Shown here one piece after another: positions 9,135 through 19,219 of a stretch of 32,000 nt of DNA; position 1 is the stretch's first letter, and every line of letters begins with the position of its first letter. A model generated the notes under the pieces. The model worked only from the letters and a program-made list of their open reading frames with translations, was not told the origin of the DNA and made no database searches. The DNA is from Candidatus Saccharimonadota bacterium. Lineage in GTDB: Bacteria; Pseudomonadota; Alphaproteobacteria; Rickettsiales; Anaplasmataceae. Made by a program: the position numbers and the translations under genes. The DNA is taken from assembly GCA_029715105.1 (NCBI GenBank), contig CP085695.1:600001-632000 (forward strand). Reading direction: 5' to 3'.

Positions 9135-9216
9135 GCGGATATGGCGAAATTGGTAGACGTGCCAGGTTTAGGTCCTGGTGGGCTTGCTCATGGGGGTTCA
9201 AATCCCCCTATCCGCA
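9135..9216 (+). tRNA. tRNA-Leu (anticodon TAG), type II with long variable arm; CCA not encoded
   Basis: Hand-folded. Acceptor gcggata/tatccgc; D arm gcg..cgt; anticodon stem ccagg/cctgg with loop ttTAGgt. Variable arm tgggcttgctcat; T arm ggggg-ttcaaat-ccccc; discriminator A. Confidence 0.9.
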
Positions 9217-9306
9217 CTTCGGATTTTATGTTAAATTTTCAGAGATCGAAATTAATTAATAAAACCTAATAAAAAAAACTTCTAAACAACTAACCCTTCT
9301 TAAGGA

Positions 9307-9335
9307 TTGTTATTTTACCAATATTCTGATAAAAT
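9307..9335 (+). promoter_or_regulatory. Candidate promoter for tig: TTGTTA-N17-TAAAAT with extended -10 TG
   Basis: ttgtta at 9307-9312 and tgaTAAAAT at 9327-9335, ending 36 nt upstream of the tig ATG. Specificity is low in AT-rich DNA. Confidence 0.3.
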
Positions 9336-9370
9336 AAATCCTATAATATAAAAATTGATAACAAATTGTA

Positions 9371-10714
9371 ATGTCTAATATATCTCAAAGTACAATCAAA
9401 AATTTATCGAATAATATATATGCCTACAAAAAGATTAGTATAGATAAATTAAAACATGAATATGAAATCACAGTCAGTAGCGACTATATAGAGCAAAAGA
9501 TAAATTCTAGATTACAAGAAATAGCAAAAAATACAAAATTGTCTGGATTCAGATTAGGAAAGACACCTTACGATCTTGTCGCAAGTACTTATAAAAACGA
9601 AATTTTAAAATATGTAGTAAGCAATACAATTAATTACTGTTCAAGTGATTTAATAAAAAAGATCGAGATTGAGTCCCGTGTTTGCCATAAAATTGATATT
9701 ATATCATTACCAGAGTTAGATAAAGAAAATAAAAGAAGAGACTTTGTATATAAACTATCTTTTGAGTCGATGCCAAAAGTACCAACAATAGATCTCGATA
9801 AAATAATTTTAAAAAGAATTGAAGTAAAAATTAAAGATGAAGATATAAAGGAATTTATTGATTCTATAAAAACAGAGTTTCCTAATTTTATTTCTATTAG
9901 TGACAATTCTTATCGAGCAAAAAATGGAGATAAACTAACAATTGATTTTGAGGGACGGATTAGAAACAAACTCTTCCAAGGCGGAAGTGGCAAAAATTTT
10001 TCTGTTAATCTGGGATCAGGTACATTTATTAATAATTTTGAAAGTCAATTAATTGATATGAAAAAAGGAGAAACAAAAAACTTTAAACTAAAATTTCCCG
10101 AAAACTATCAAACAATTTTTCTCGCAGGACAAGAAGCTGTTTTTTCCGTTAAAGTTAATGATATCAAAACCATTAAAGCTTTTGAAGATGATAACGAAAT
10201 AGCTAAAAAAATTGGTTTTAAAGATTATTTTTCACTAAAAAACCATGCAAAAAAAATAATTAATAATCAATGCAAAGAAATGAAAAATCTTTTGATTAAA
10301 GAAGAACTATTTAATTTTTTAGATACTAATTATAATTTTGATTTACCTATAGACATGATAAAGCAAGAGCAACAAAAAATAAAAAACAAGTTAACAAACT
10401 CTAAAGACGAATCCCTTAAAGAAGTTAAGAGGCGAGTAAAACTTGCAATGCTGTTTATCAAATTCAGTACAAAATATAAAATATCATTAGATCAAAATGA
10501 TATTTTAAATATCATCTTAAATCAATATGTTAACAAAGACGTACCACTCGACAAAGCACTAAGACGTTTTAGATCAGATAAACAATTCCAAAGACTAGTT
10601 AAGGGACAAGCTCTTGAGCATAAGATTACAGACTTTATAATACAAAAAGTTAATAAAAAAAAGCAAACTATTTCTGTAAAAGAATTAAAAGAATTGTTTA
10701 ATAAAATTAAATAA
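9371..10714 (+). CDS. tig: Trigger factor
   Basis: 447 aa. N-terminal ribosome-binding region with [12 protein letters not shown]. Central FKBP-type PPIase region ([11 protein letters not shown]...[31 protein letters not shown]). Conserved position upstream of clpP-clpX-lon. Confidence 0.9.
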   Translation: MSNISQSTIKNLSNNIYAYKKISIDKLKHEYEITVSSDYIEQKINSRLQEIAKNTKLSGFRLGKTPYDLVASTYKNEILKYVVSNTINYCSSDLIKKIEIESRVCHKIDIISLPELDKENKRRDFVYKLSFESMPKVPTIDLDKIILKRIEVKIKDEDIKEFIDSIKTEFPNFISISDNSYRAKNGDKLTIDFEGRIRNKLFQGGSGKNFSVNLGSGTFINNFESQLIDMKKGETKNFKLKFPENYQTIFLAGQEAVFSVKVNDIKTIKAFEDDNEIAKKIGFKDYFSLKNHAKKIINNQCKEMKNLLIKEELFNFLDTNYNFDLPIDMIKQEQQKIKNKLTNSKDESLKEVKRRVKLAMLFIKFSTKYKISLDQNDILNIILNQYVNKDVPLDKALRRFRSDKQFQRLVKGQALEHKITDFIIQKVNKKKQTISVKELKELFNKIK

Positions 10715-10743
10715 TTTAGTAATATTTAATAAAATAAAAGGGT

Positions 10744-11370
10744 ATGACTCTTATACCAATTGTAGTTGAACAAACAAGTCGTGGCGAACGCGCTTATGAC
10801 ATATATTCAAGATTGGTGAAAGAAAGAATAATTTTTGTAACTGGTCCAATCGAAGATAATATGGCAAGTGTAATAGTAGCACAGCTCTTATTTTTAGAAT
10901 CAGAAAATCCTGATAAGGATATTTACATGTATATAAACTCACCTGGAGGTATTGTAACTGCTGGTTTATCAATCTACGATACAATGCAATATATTAAACC
11001 AGATGTTTCAACTCTATGCATAGGTCAAGCTGCATCTATGGGATCATTATTGCTCACAGCTGGCACGGAAGGTAAGCGATATTCTCTACCTCATTCGAGG
11101 ATTATGACGCACCAACCATCTGGTGGTTATCATGGTCAGGCAACTGATATAGAAATACACGCCAACGAAATTTTACGAATTAAAAAGAAACTAAATCAAA
11201 TTTATGAAAAACATACTGGAAATTCGTTAAAACAAATTGAAAAAATGATGGAAAGAGACAAATTTATGGATCCAGAAGAAGCAAAAAAAATAGGCCTTGT
11301 TGATAAGGTAATAGCTGAACGTAAAGATATTAAAATTGAAAGTATTAAAGTTGGACAAAAGGTGAACTGA
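10744..11370 (+). CDS. clpP: ATP-dependent Clp protease proteolytic subunit
   Basis: Motifs [30 protein letters not shown] (catalytic Ser) and IMTHQPSGG (His). Confidence 0.97.
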   Translation: MTLIPIVVEQTSRGERAYDIYSRLVKERIIFVTGPIEDNMASVIVAQLLFLESENPDKDIYMYINSPGGIVTAGLSIYDTMQYIKPDVSTLCIGQAASMGSLLLTAGTEGKRYSLPHSRIMTHQPSGGYHGQATDIEIHANEILRIKKKLNQIYEKHTGNSLKQIEKMMERDKFMDPEEAKKIGLVDKVIAERKDIKIESIKVGQKVN

Positions 11371-12644
11371 TGAATAATAATGATGATATACATTACTGTT
11401 CTTTTTGTAATAAAACACAAAACGAAGTAGATAAATTAATTACTAATTCTTCAGATACTTTAAAAGTGTTTATATGTAATGAATGCATAGAATTGTCTCA
11501 CAAAGCAATAAGCCAAAGAAAAAACTGGGTATTTAATTCAGATTATATTTCTGATGTAAAACTACTCTTTAAAAAACCCAAAGATATAAAAAATTATCTC
11601 AGCAAACACGTTGTTGGCCAAGAACATGCCCAGCATGTTTTGTCTGTTGCAATGTATAATCATTGTCAATCTATGGCTCAATTCCACTCTATAAACGATG
11701 TTGAAATCGAAAAATCAAATGTAATGCTCATTGGTCCCACAGGTTCCGGAAAAACCTTACTAGCTAAAACACTCGCCAGAGTTTCAGACGTACCATTCGC
11801 AATGGCTGATGCTACAACATTAACTGAAGCTGGTTATGTAGGTGACGACGTAGAAAGTGTATTATCCCGCCTACTGCAAGCAGCAAATTACGATATTATA
11901 AGAGCACAACGAGGTATAGTTTTTATAGATGAAATAGACAAAATTACTAGAAAATCTGAAAGCACTTCAATAACGCGTGACGTTTCCGGTGAAGGAGTGC
12001 AGCAAGCTCTACTTAAAATTATGGAAGGTACAATTGCTTACGTCCCACCACAAGGTGGAAGAAAACATCCACAACAAGAATTCATACAATTAGATACTAA
12101 CAACGTGCTGTTTATTTGTGGAGGAGCTTTTGAGGGATTAGATAAAATCATCGAAGCAAGAAAGAAGGGAACGTCAGTTGGTTTTGGAGCGGATATTAGT
12201 CAATCCAAAGAACAAAAGAAAAAAAGTACTTTACGTGATGTTCAACCAGAAGACTTAATTAAATTTGGCTTAATACCGGAGTTTGTAGGACGTGTTCCAG
12301 TAACCGCTGTTTTAGATGAATTAGATCATAAAGATTTAGTACATGTTCTAATAGAGCCAAGAAACGCACTAATAAAACAATATAAAGCGTTATTTGCATT
12401 TAGCAAAGTCAATCTTGAATTTTTAGATAGCGCAATATCAGCTATTGCTGAAAAAGCTATGAATTATAGAACCGGTGCTAGAATGTTACGCGCCATTCTG
12501 GAATCACTTTTACTTGATGTTATGTACATAGTTGGAAACGGAGGTTTTGAAGGTAGTACAATAGTGGTTACCAAAGAAATGGTTGAATCAGGAAAAGTAG
12601 TAATCAATCATAATAATAAAGGTGATATTGTAGCAGGAACTTGA
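11370..12644 (+). CDS. clpX: ATP-dependent Clp protease ATP-binding subunit ClpX
   Basis: N-terminal zinc-binding CSFC..C..C, Walker A GPTGSGKT, Walker B FIDEIDK and GARMLR. The start ATG overlaps the clpP TGA by 1 nt. Confidence 0.97.
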   Translation: MNNNDDIHYCSFCNKTQNEVDKLITNSSDTLKVFICNECIELSHKAISQRKNWVFNSDYISDVKLLFKKPKDIKNYLSKHVVGQEHAQHVLSVAMYNHCQSMAQFHSINDVEIEKSNVMLIGPTGSGKTLLAKTLARVSDVPFAMADATTLTEAGYVGDDVESVLSRLLQAANYDIIRAQRGIVFIDEIDKITRKSESTSITRDVSGEGVQQALLKIMEGTIAYVPPQGGRKHPQQEFIQLDTNNVLFICGGAFEGLDKIIEARKKGTSVGFGADISQSKEQKKKSTLRDVQPEDLIKFGLIPEFVGRVPVTAVLDELDHKDLVHVLIEPRNALIKQYKALFAFSKVNLEFLDSAISAIAEKAMNYRTGARMLRAILESLLLDVMYIVGNGGFEGSTIVVTKEMVESGKVVINHNNKGDIVAGT

Positions 12645-12675
12645 TTAAAATATCATATGTATATAAATATTAAAT

Positions 12676-15042
12676 ATGCCTATAGATTCTAATCTCACTA
12701 CGTTACCAGTATTGCCCTTGAGAGATGTAGTAATTTTTCCGGGCGTAGTAATACCTTTATTTATAGGAAGAGAAAAATCTATCAACGCGCTAGAGCACGC
12801 AATCAATAACAATTGCCACCAAAATAAAATTTTTCTAGTAGCACAGCAAGATGGTTCCCTTGATAACCCAGAACCACAAGATCTTTACGAAGTAGGTGTA
12901 TTAGCAAATATTATACAGCCACTAATAAAACTACCTGATAATGCAGTAAAGGTTGTAATTCAAGGAATAAGTAGAGGAAGAGCTATTAAATATATAGATA
13001 CTCATACCTTATTACAGGCTAAAGTAGAATTAGATAATCATCATAACAAATATAAAGGAGACGAAAATAATATTGATTTAGAAGCTTTAAGACGATGTGT
13101 CATAGATGCATTTGATAGCTGGTGTAAACTAAACAAAAAAAACCAACCTGATGTTATCATTAATCCAATTGAGCAAATTAAAGAAATTGATCTACTTGTA
13201 GATACAGTAGTTTCATATTTGAATATAAAAGCATCTGATAAACAGAACATACTTGAAACATATAGCTTAGAAGAACGCTTAAAAAAAACTTTTACTTTTA
13301 TTGAAAGAGAAATTAGCATTTTAAATGCACAAAATCATTTATATAAAACAATTAAATCACAGGTCGAGAACACTCAAAAAGCTTATTATCTTAACGAGCA
13401 GTTAAAAGCTATACAAAAAGAATTAGGTGAATTTGAGAATGGAGAAGAAGGAAGCATAATAAATGAATTTGAAAAAAAAATAGAAGAAACAAAGCTTTCT
13501 CAAGAAGCAAAAGAGAAGGCCATAACTGAATTAAAAAGATATAAAAAAATGAATCCGATTTCTCCCGAAGCTACAGTTATATCCAACTATCTATATTGGT
13601 TACTTGATTTACCTTGGGGTAAATATAAAGATACAAAAATTAATTTAAATACAGCTAAAAAAATTTTAAATGAAAACCATTATGGCATAGAAAAAGTAAA
13701 AGATAGAATAATAGAATTTTTAGCAGTGCTAAAAAGAGTAAAAGAAATTAAAGGCCCAATACTTTGTTTATTGGGGCCGCCTGGCGTTGGTAAAACTTCC
13801 TTAGCTAGATCCATGGCAAAAGCACTAGGAAGGGATTTTGTTTGTATAGCTTTGGGAGGTGTACGCGACGAATCTGAAATACGTGGTCATAGAAAAACCT
13901 ATATTGGTTCAATGCCTGGCAAAGTTATTCAACACATAAAAAAAGCTAATTCGTGCAATCCACTTTTTTTACTTGACGAAATAGATAAAATGGGCTCTGA
14001 TTCACGTGGTGACCCTGCATCAGCATTATTGGAAGTTTTAGACGCTGAACATAACAAGCATTTTATAGATCATTACCTAGAAGTTGAATTCGATCTTTCA
14101 AGTGTAATGTTTGTAGCTACAGCAAATAGTTTAAATTTACCTCATCCTTTACATGACAGAATGGAAATTATTCAATTATCTGGATATACTGAAGATGAAA
14201 AAATTAATATTGCTAAGTACCATTTGATCCCGAAATTAAAAAATGAACATGGTTTACGAAAAAAAGAATGGAGTATAACTGATGATGCGCTATATAAATT
14301 AATACGCTTATATACACGTGAAAGCGGTGTTCGTAGCATGGAAAGAGAACTTGCAAAACTAATGAGAAAGGCAGTCAAAGAAATATTAGAAAATAAAAAT
14401 AAAAAAATTCATGTAAGAGACAGCGATTTACAAAATTATTTAGGAGTACGCAAATATACATTCAATATTGCGGAAAATGAAAGTTTAGTAGGTGTAGTAA
14501 CTGGATTAGCTTATACTGAAGCAGGTGGTGATATCCTAATGATAGAATCAGTCTTAATACCAGGAAAAGGCGAAATAAAATATACGGGAAAACTTGGAGA
14601 AGTTATGCAAGAATCTATAAAAGCCGCATATAGTTATATCAGATCAAACTGTCTATCCTTTGGTATAAAACCTGAAAAATTTCAAAAAAATGATATACAT
14701 CTTCATTTACCTGAAGGAGCTATACCAAAAGATGGCCCTTCTGCAGGTAGCGCAGTGTGCACATCCATTGTTTCTCTTATGACAAACATACCTGTTAATA
14801 AAAATATCGCTATGACAGGTGAAATAACACTACGCGGAAAAGTTTTAGCTATCGGAGGTTTAAGAGAAAAATTACTAGCAGCACTAAGAGGATCAATAAA
14901 AATTGTAATTATACCTAGTGAAAATGAAAAAGATATGCAAGAGATACCGGCAAACATTAAAGAAAAAATCAATGTAGTTTTTGTTAAAAACATTAATGAG
15001 ATTATAAAAATTGCTTTAATACAACAACCTACTTCTAATTAA
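12676..15042 (+). CDS. lon: Lon protease
   Basis: 788 aa. LPVLPLRDVVIFPG N-domain, Walker A GPPGVGKTS, Walker B LLDEIDK, and proteolytic PKDGPSAGSA with catalytic Ser. Confidence 0.97.
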   Translation: MPIDSNLTTLPVLPLRDVVIFPGVVIPLFIGREKSINALEHAINNNCHQNKIFLVAQQDGSLDNPEPQDLYEVGVLANIIQPLIKLPDNAVKVVIQGISRGRAIKYIDTHTLLQAKVELDNHHNKYKGDENNIDLEALRRCVIDAFDSWCKLNKKNQPDVIINPIEQIKEIDLLVDTVVSYLNIKASDKQNILETYSLEERLKKTFTFIEREISILNAQNHLYKTIKSQVENTQKAYYLNEQLKAIQKELGEFENGEEGSIINEFEKKIEETKLSQEAKEKAITELKRYKKMNPISPEATVISNYLYWLLDLPWGKYKDTKINLNTAKKILNENHYGIEKVKDRIIEFLAVLKRVKEIKGPILCLLGPPGVGKTSLARSMAKALGRDFVCIALGGVRDESEIRGHRKTYIGSMPGKVIQHIKKANSCNPLFLLDEIDKMGSDSRGDPASALLEVLDAEHNKHFIDHYLEVEFDLSSVMFVATANSLNLPHPLHDRMEIIQLSGYTEDEKINIAKYHLIPKLKNEHGLRKKEWSITDDALYKLIRLYTRESGVRSMERELAKLMRKAVKEILENKNKKIHVRDSDLQNYLGVRKYTFNIAENESLVGVVTGLAYTEAGGDILMIESVLIPGKGEIKYTGKLGEVMQESIKAAYSYIRSNCLSFGIKPEKFQKNDIHLHLPEGAIPKDGPSAGSAVCTSIVSLMTNIPVNKNIAMTGEITLRGKVLAIGGLREKLLAALRGSIKIVIIPSENEKDMQEIPANIKEKINVVFVKNINEIIKIALIQQPTSN

Positions 15043-15045
15043 AAG

Positions 15046-15068
15046 CCCTACCCCCCCATTACTGCCCC
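15046..15068 (-). other. Canonical G-quadruplex motif on the minus strand, C-rich on the lon-sense strand
   Basis: The reverse complement reads GGGGcagtaatGGGgGGGtaGGG, which fits G3+ N1-7 repeated four times. It starts 4 nt after the lon stop codon (15040-15042). Confidence 0.5.
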
Positions 15069-15340
15069 TAAAATTCTCCTCTTTATAACATTTATTTATA
15101 ACAATTTATATAAAAAGAGAAATATGAATTTTCATTATAAAAACTATTAAAATTAAAGACTATTAAATAATATATATAAATATATAAAAGCAATTGCTTT
15201 CATTATTTAATAGCCTTCCTTTTTTCATTTGTAAACTCCATTTAGTTATGTTTAGTTAAAATTATTTCACTAAGTCTAAACTAGAAAATTTAGCAATCAA
15301 TTAAAACACAATCAGAAGATCAATAAGAAAAAAGATGAAA

Positions 15341-15374
15341 CAATAAAAACTCTATCTCTTGTGAAGAAGAGATA
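15341..15374 (-). terminator. Candidate intrinsic terminator downstream of tRNA-His
   Basis: 8-bp stem tatctctt/aagagata (15353-15360 / 15367-15374) with a 6-nt loop. On the minus strand it is followed by GAGTTTTTATTG. It lies 26 nt after the tRNA 3' end. The stem is AT-rich. Confidence 0.35.
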
Positions 15375-15400
15375 TATTTCTCTGTTTTACAAACAAAACG

Positions 15401-15474
15401 GGCGAGCGACCAGAATCGAACTGGCAACATTCAGCACCACAAACTAACGCTCTACCAATTAAGCTACGCCCGCC
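15401..15474 (-). tRNA. tRNA-His (anticodon GTG) with genome-encoded G-1 opposite C73; CCA not encoded
   Basis: Hand-folded on the reverse complement as G-1 + GCGGGCG TA GCTT-AATTGGTA-GAGC G TTAGT-TTGTGGT-GCTGA ATGTT GCCAG-TTCGATT-CTGGT CGCTCGC C. The extra 5' G paired with discriminator C is the tRNA-His hallmark. Confidence 0.9.
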
Positions 15475-16347
15475 AAAATGCAAACACTTCAGTGCATCCT
15501 ACCATAGTAATATAATATAAAAAAGTCAATTAATTTTTAAAATGCAACCCATTAAAATAATTTTCAATAAAATTCCAAAGTAATTTTGTCGGTTAATAAA
15601 TCAATTTCAAAAATTTGGTTTATAACTTCTTCTATCAAAAAAAACGTATATTAAATTATATATAGCGTAATGTAAAATATCACTTCACCAAAAAATATTT
15701 CGCAAATACCTACTACTTTTCCCCTAAGATGGCATACCTCTTGTGTATCTCTATCTCTTTTTTTTTAGAACATACTTTCCAAAAATGAGCTAGAAATCCC
15801 TATATAAATCTATTATCTGTTAAAACAATAAAACAAACTCTTATCTTTAAAAAGGTTTGTTCCCTATACAAATAACCCAGTAATTTTTTAAAAAATCTTT
15901 AGTTCACTCACTTTTATAAACCTTCCTATCTTAGTACTTTAACTAAACTTACTAAAATAATTTAACATAAAACTTTTTATATGCTATTTTAATTACATTA
16001 ATATCTTTCTTTTATTTCTACAACTGTTATATCTATAACATTATTATTTTAATAGAAACTAAACTTATATTAAAACTTTTAAACAAAAATTTATAAAGCA
16101 TTAACCAAACAATTTTTGTATAATCCTTTATCGCTATTTCACGCTATAAAATGTATTAATTTTACAGATAAAAATTTTTTCACTTACCTGTTTCCTCTCT
16201 TTCTAACACCAAATCTAGTAATATTTAAATTTTGCCCACACTTAAAACTATCTCTCTTCCATTTATTTCATTTAATATCATAATAATTTATTAATAAAAT
16301 ATTACTAAACTACTAACTTATAGACTCCCTTTAAAAGAACCCGGACC

Positions 16348-17697
16348 CTATGTAAAAGATTCATCTAAAAATACAGTTTTTCCAGATACAACAGTCCGTA
16401 CTACATATCCTTTCACTTTGCGTCCATTAAAAGGAGAATTCTTTGATTTACTCGCAAAAGTATCAACTTCAATCTCCCATTCATAATCTAAATGGACTAA
16501 AGCTAAATCTGCAGTAAAATTTTTTTGTATGCGACCACGAGGTACACGTATTATATCTGCAGGCTTATATGTCAATTTTGCAAGTATATCAAATAGACTA
16601 ATTTGCCCACCATAATAAAGCTCAAGTGAAAGAGGTAGTATAGTTTCAAGACCTATAATACCAAACGCAGAGTCTTTAAGCGAAAGATCCTTAGAAGAAG
16701 GATCATGTGGCGCATGATCGGTTGCGATACAATCAATCAATCCAGTTTTTAAAGCCTCAACTATAGCTAATCTATCTTCTTCAGTACGAAGCGGCGGATT
16801 CATTTTAGCAGTTACTCCATGTCTTTTTATAGCATCCTCAGTTAAAGTAAAATGATGAGGCGTTACTTCGCATGTAACATTTAATCCCAAGTTTTTTGCA
16901 TACTTAATAATATCAAGTGAATCTTTTGCAGAAACATGTAAAATATGATAACGAGCATTTTTTATATCCTTCATAAGTAATATATCACGACTTACTATAA
17001 TAGATTCCGAAGCACTTAAAATCCCTTTTACTCCTAACTCCTCAGAAATTTTACCTTCATTAATCACACCACCTGCTGACAAATTTAAATCTTCTGCATG
17101 CTGAGCAATTGGAACATTTAACATACTTGAATAAAGTAATGCTTGCCTCATAATCATTGAATTCATAATTGGTATACCGTCATTAGTAAATCCAACTGCA
17201 CCTTCCTTAACCAGAAGAGCCATTTCAGTTAATTTTTCCTCCAAAGAAGTAGTGACCTTAGCATAAAATTCGATTTTTACATGAGAAGTTTCAAATGCTC
17301 TATATTTTAGATACCTAGCCAAAATAACACTATCAATTGCTGGAATAGTATTAGGCTGACAAACTACAGTTGTAACTCCTCCTGCAGCAGCAGATCTACT
17401 ACCAGTATATATAGTCTCCTTATACTCCTGACCGGGTTCACGAAAATGCACATGAATATCAACAAGACCTGGTATAATAGTAAGTCCACTACAATCCACT
17501 ACCTCATCAACTTCACTTGTTAAGACTCCATTCGAAAATAGAAACTCACCAAAATCAACAATTCTACTCCCCTCAGTCAACAATGTACCCTTTCTTATAT
17601 CTAACTTAGTTTCTGGATCAATAATACGAGCATTCGTATATGCTACCTTATAACCATCTTTTTGTCCTGTCTGCAACAAGCTCCAAATCTTGGTCAT
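16348..17697 (-). CDS. pyrC: Dihydroorotase (amidohydrolase superfamily)
   Basis: 449 aa. PGLVDIHVHFREPG metal-binding HxH, GGVTTVV..PNT, ATDHAPH and the overall DHOase class I layout. Confidence 0.88.
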   Translation of the reverse strand: MTKIWSLLQTGQKDGYKVAYTNARIIDPETKLDIRKGTLLTEGSRIVDFGEFLFSNGVLTSEVDEVVDCSGLTIIPGLVDIHVHFREPGQEYKETIYTGSRSAAAGGVTTVVCQPNTIPAIDSVILARYLKYRAFETSHVKIEFYAKVTTSLEEKLTEMALLVKEGAVGFTNDGIPIMNSMIMRQALLYSSMLNVPIAQHAEDLNLSAGGVINEGKISEELGVKGILSASESIIVSRDILLMKDIKNARYHILHVSAKDSLDIIKYAKNLGLNVTCEVTPHHFTLTEDAIKRHGVTAKMNPPLRTEEDRLAIVEALKTGLIDCIATDHAPHDPSSKDLSLKDSAFGIIGLETILPLSLELYYGGQISLFDILAKLTYKPADIIRVPRGRIQKNFTADLALVHLDYEWEIEVDTFASKSKNSPFNGRKVKGYVVRTVVSGKTVFLDESFT

Positions 17698-17730
17698 TAA
17701 AAATCTCGATCATAAAACGAACCTAAATAA

Positions 17731-17753
17731 TGTTCAAAATAAAATTTTGAACA
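17731..17753. promoter_or_regulatory. 23-bp palindrome tgttcaaaat-aaa-attttgaaca in the pyrC 5' region
   Basis: Perfect 10-bp arms with a 3-nt spacer, read directly. It lies 34-56 nt upstream of the pyrC ATG (17697, minus strand). On the pyrC-sense strand it is followed by TTATTTAGGTTCGTTTT. Confidence 0.35.
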
Positions 17754-18332
17754 ATACTAAAAACACTTTAAATCATTTAAATCTAAAAAACAACACTATA
17801 AATTTTTTATAAAACTAAATAAAATCTATACGTATCCCTTTTTAATTATATTTTCTAATCTCATCCTCTTTAATCATTAGTACACTTAAATAATAATTCC
17901 CCTTTAGATTTTATAATCTTACATTGTAAAACCATTACCTTATTTATATTTTAAACCTTCATTTACAAAATCTTTTATTTCCCTCTATTTTTATCTTAAT
18001 TTTCAAATTTTCTAATAATATCCAGTATTAATAAACATAAGTTCATAATACACTTATAAAATCTTTCAAATACAATAGACCAACATTATCTTCTTTTTTA
18101 CCTTATGATCACAAATATTAAATACTGTGCCCTAAAACTAAAAACCTTTATTTACTCTTAACAAGATCGATAAAAATACACAAAAACATAATAAATCTAT
18201 AAAATAATCCATGCTAAAATTTTATGAAAACTAACTCTAAATTTCCAATTCATTTAATGAAAAAACCTAATAATTTTACTCGTTAACTCATTTTATACAC
18301 TATATATACCATGTATCTCAATTTTTGAGGGA

Positions 18333-18348
18333 TGTGATTCAGATCACA
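18333..18348. promoter_or_regulatory. Perfect inverted repeat TGTGAT-tcag-ATCACA (also fits TGTGA-N6-TCACA)
   Basis: Read directly. It lies about 100 bp upstream of the lepB start and stands out in a G-poor spacer. The same half-sites occur at 4514-4527. Confidence 0.3.
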
Positions 18349-18448
18349 ACTTATTAATAATTATTATATACATATCAATAATATTTATTATTACACTACA
18401 AAATTTTTTGTTACTATATACATTATATAGTTTATGCAGGAATGAACT

Positions 18449-19207
18449 TTGAAAAAACTAAAAGAATTAAAAGAAAACTGGATAATAAAAACAGGGAAAT
18501 TTTTATATTCATTATTTTTTTTGCTCTTAATTGCATTATCAATACGTAGTTTTTTATTCGAACCATTTCACATTCCTTCTGGCTCAATGAAAAGTACCTT
18601 ACTTGAGGGAGATTATATTTTAACTAATAAATACGCCTACGGTTATAGTAAATACTCCTTTCCATTTTATTTTAATATCTTCAGCGGTAGAATCTTTTAT
18701 ACTCCTCCAGAACGAGGCGATATAATAGTTTTTAAGCCAACAAAAAATGATAGTATCAGATTTGTTAAGCGAATAATAGGAATACCTGGTGATAAAGTAC
18801 AAATAATAGATGGAGAGTTGTATTTAAATGATCAAAAAATAAAACGAAAACAAATTGAAAATTTTCTTGATTACGAATCAAATCGTAGTATACCTAGATA
18901 TATAGAAATTCTTCCAAATAAAAGAAAATATGAAATTCTAATAGATAGCAGTCTTTCCAATAATTTTTCACATAATACTCCAGTTTACTATGTACCCAAC
19001 AATCAATTTTTTGTTATGGGAGATAATAGAAATAATTCCTTTGATAGTAGATTTTTTGAAGTTGGTTATGTCCCAATAGAAAATATAATTGGCCGCGTCA
19101 GTATAGTTGGGTTATCATTTAAATTAAGTAAGGTCAACTGGTTACCATTTAATTTTAGAATACCTATTGCACTTAGACTTGATAGAATATTACATAAAAC
19201 TCTATAA
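18449..19207 (+). CDS. lepB: Signal peptidase I
   Basis: TM segment followed by IPSGSM (catalytic Ser), FVKRIIGIPGD (Lys box) and GDNRNNSFDSRF. The start is TTG 18449, since an in-frame TGA sits at 18443-18445. AGGA at 18438-18441 lies 7 nt upstream. Confidence 0.92.
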   Translation: MKKLKELKENWIIKTGKFLYSLFFLLLIALSIRSFLFEPFHIPSGSMKSTLLEGDYILTNKYAYGYSKYSFPFYFNIFSGRIFYTPPERGDIIVFKPTKNDSIRFVKRIIGIPGDKVQIIDGELYLNDQKIKRKQIENFLDYESNRSIPRYIEILPNKRKYEILIDSSLSNNFSHNTPVYYVPNNQFFVMGDNRNNSFDSRFFEVGYVPIENIIGRVSIVGLSFKLSKVNWLPFNFRIPIALRLDRILHKTL

Positions 19208-19219
19208 AATTTATTTATC

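Noticed and set aside
12645-12675. A sigma32-like heat-shock promoter (CTTGA...CATAT) upstream of lon.
   Set aside because: The spacing between the two elements is far shorter than the 13-15 nt required, and only partial matches are present.
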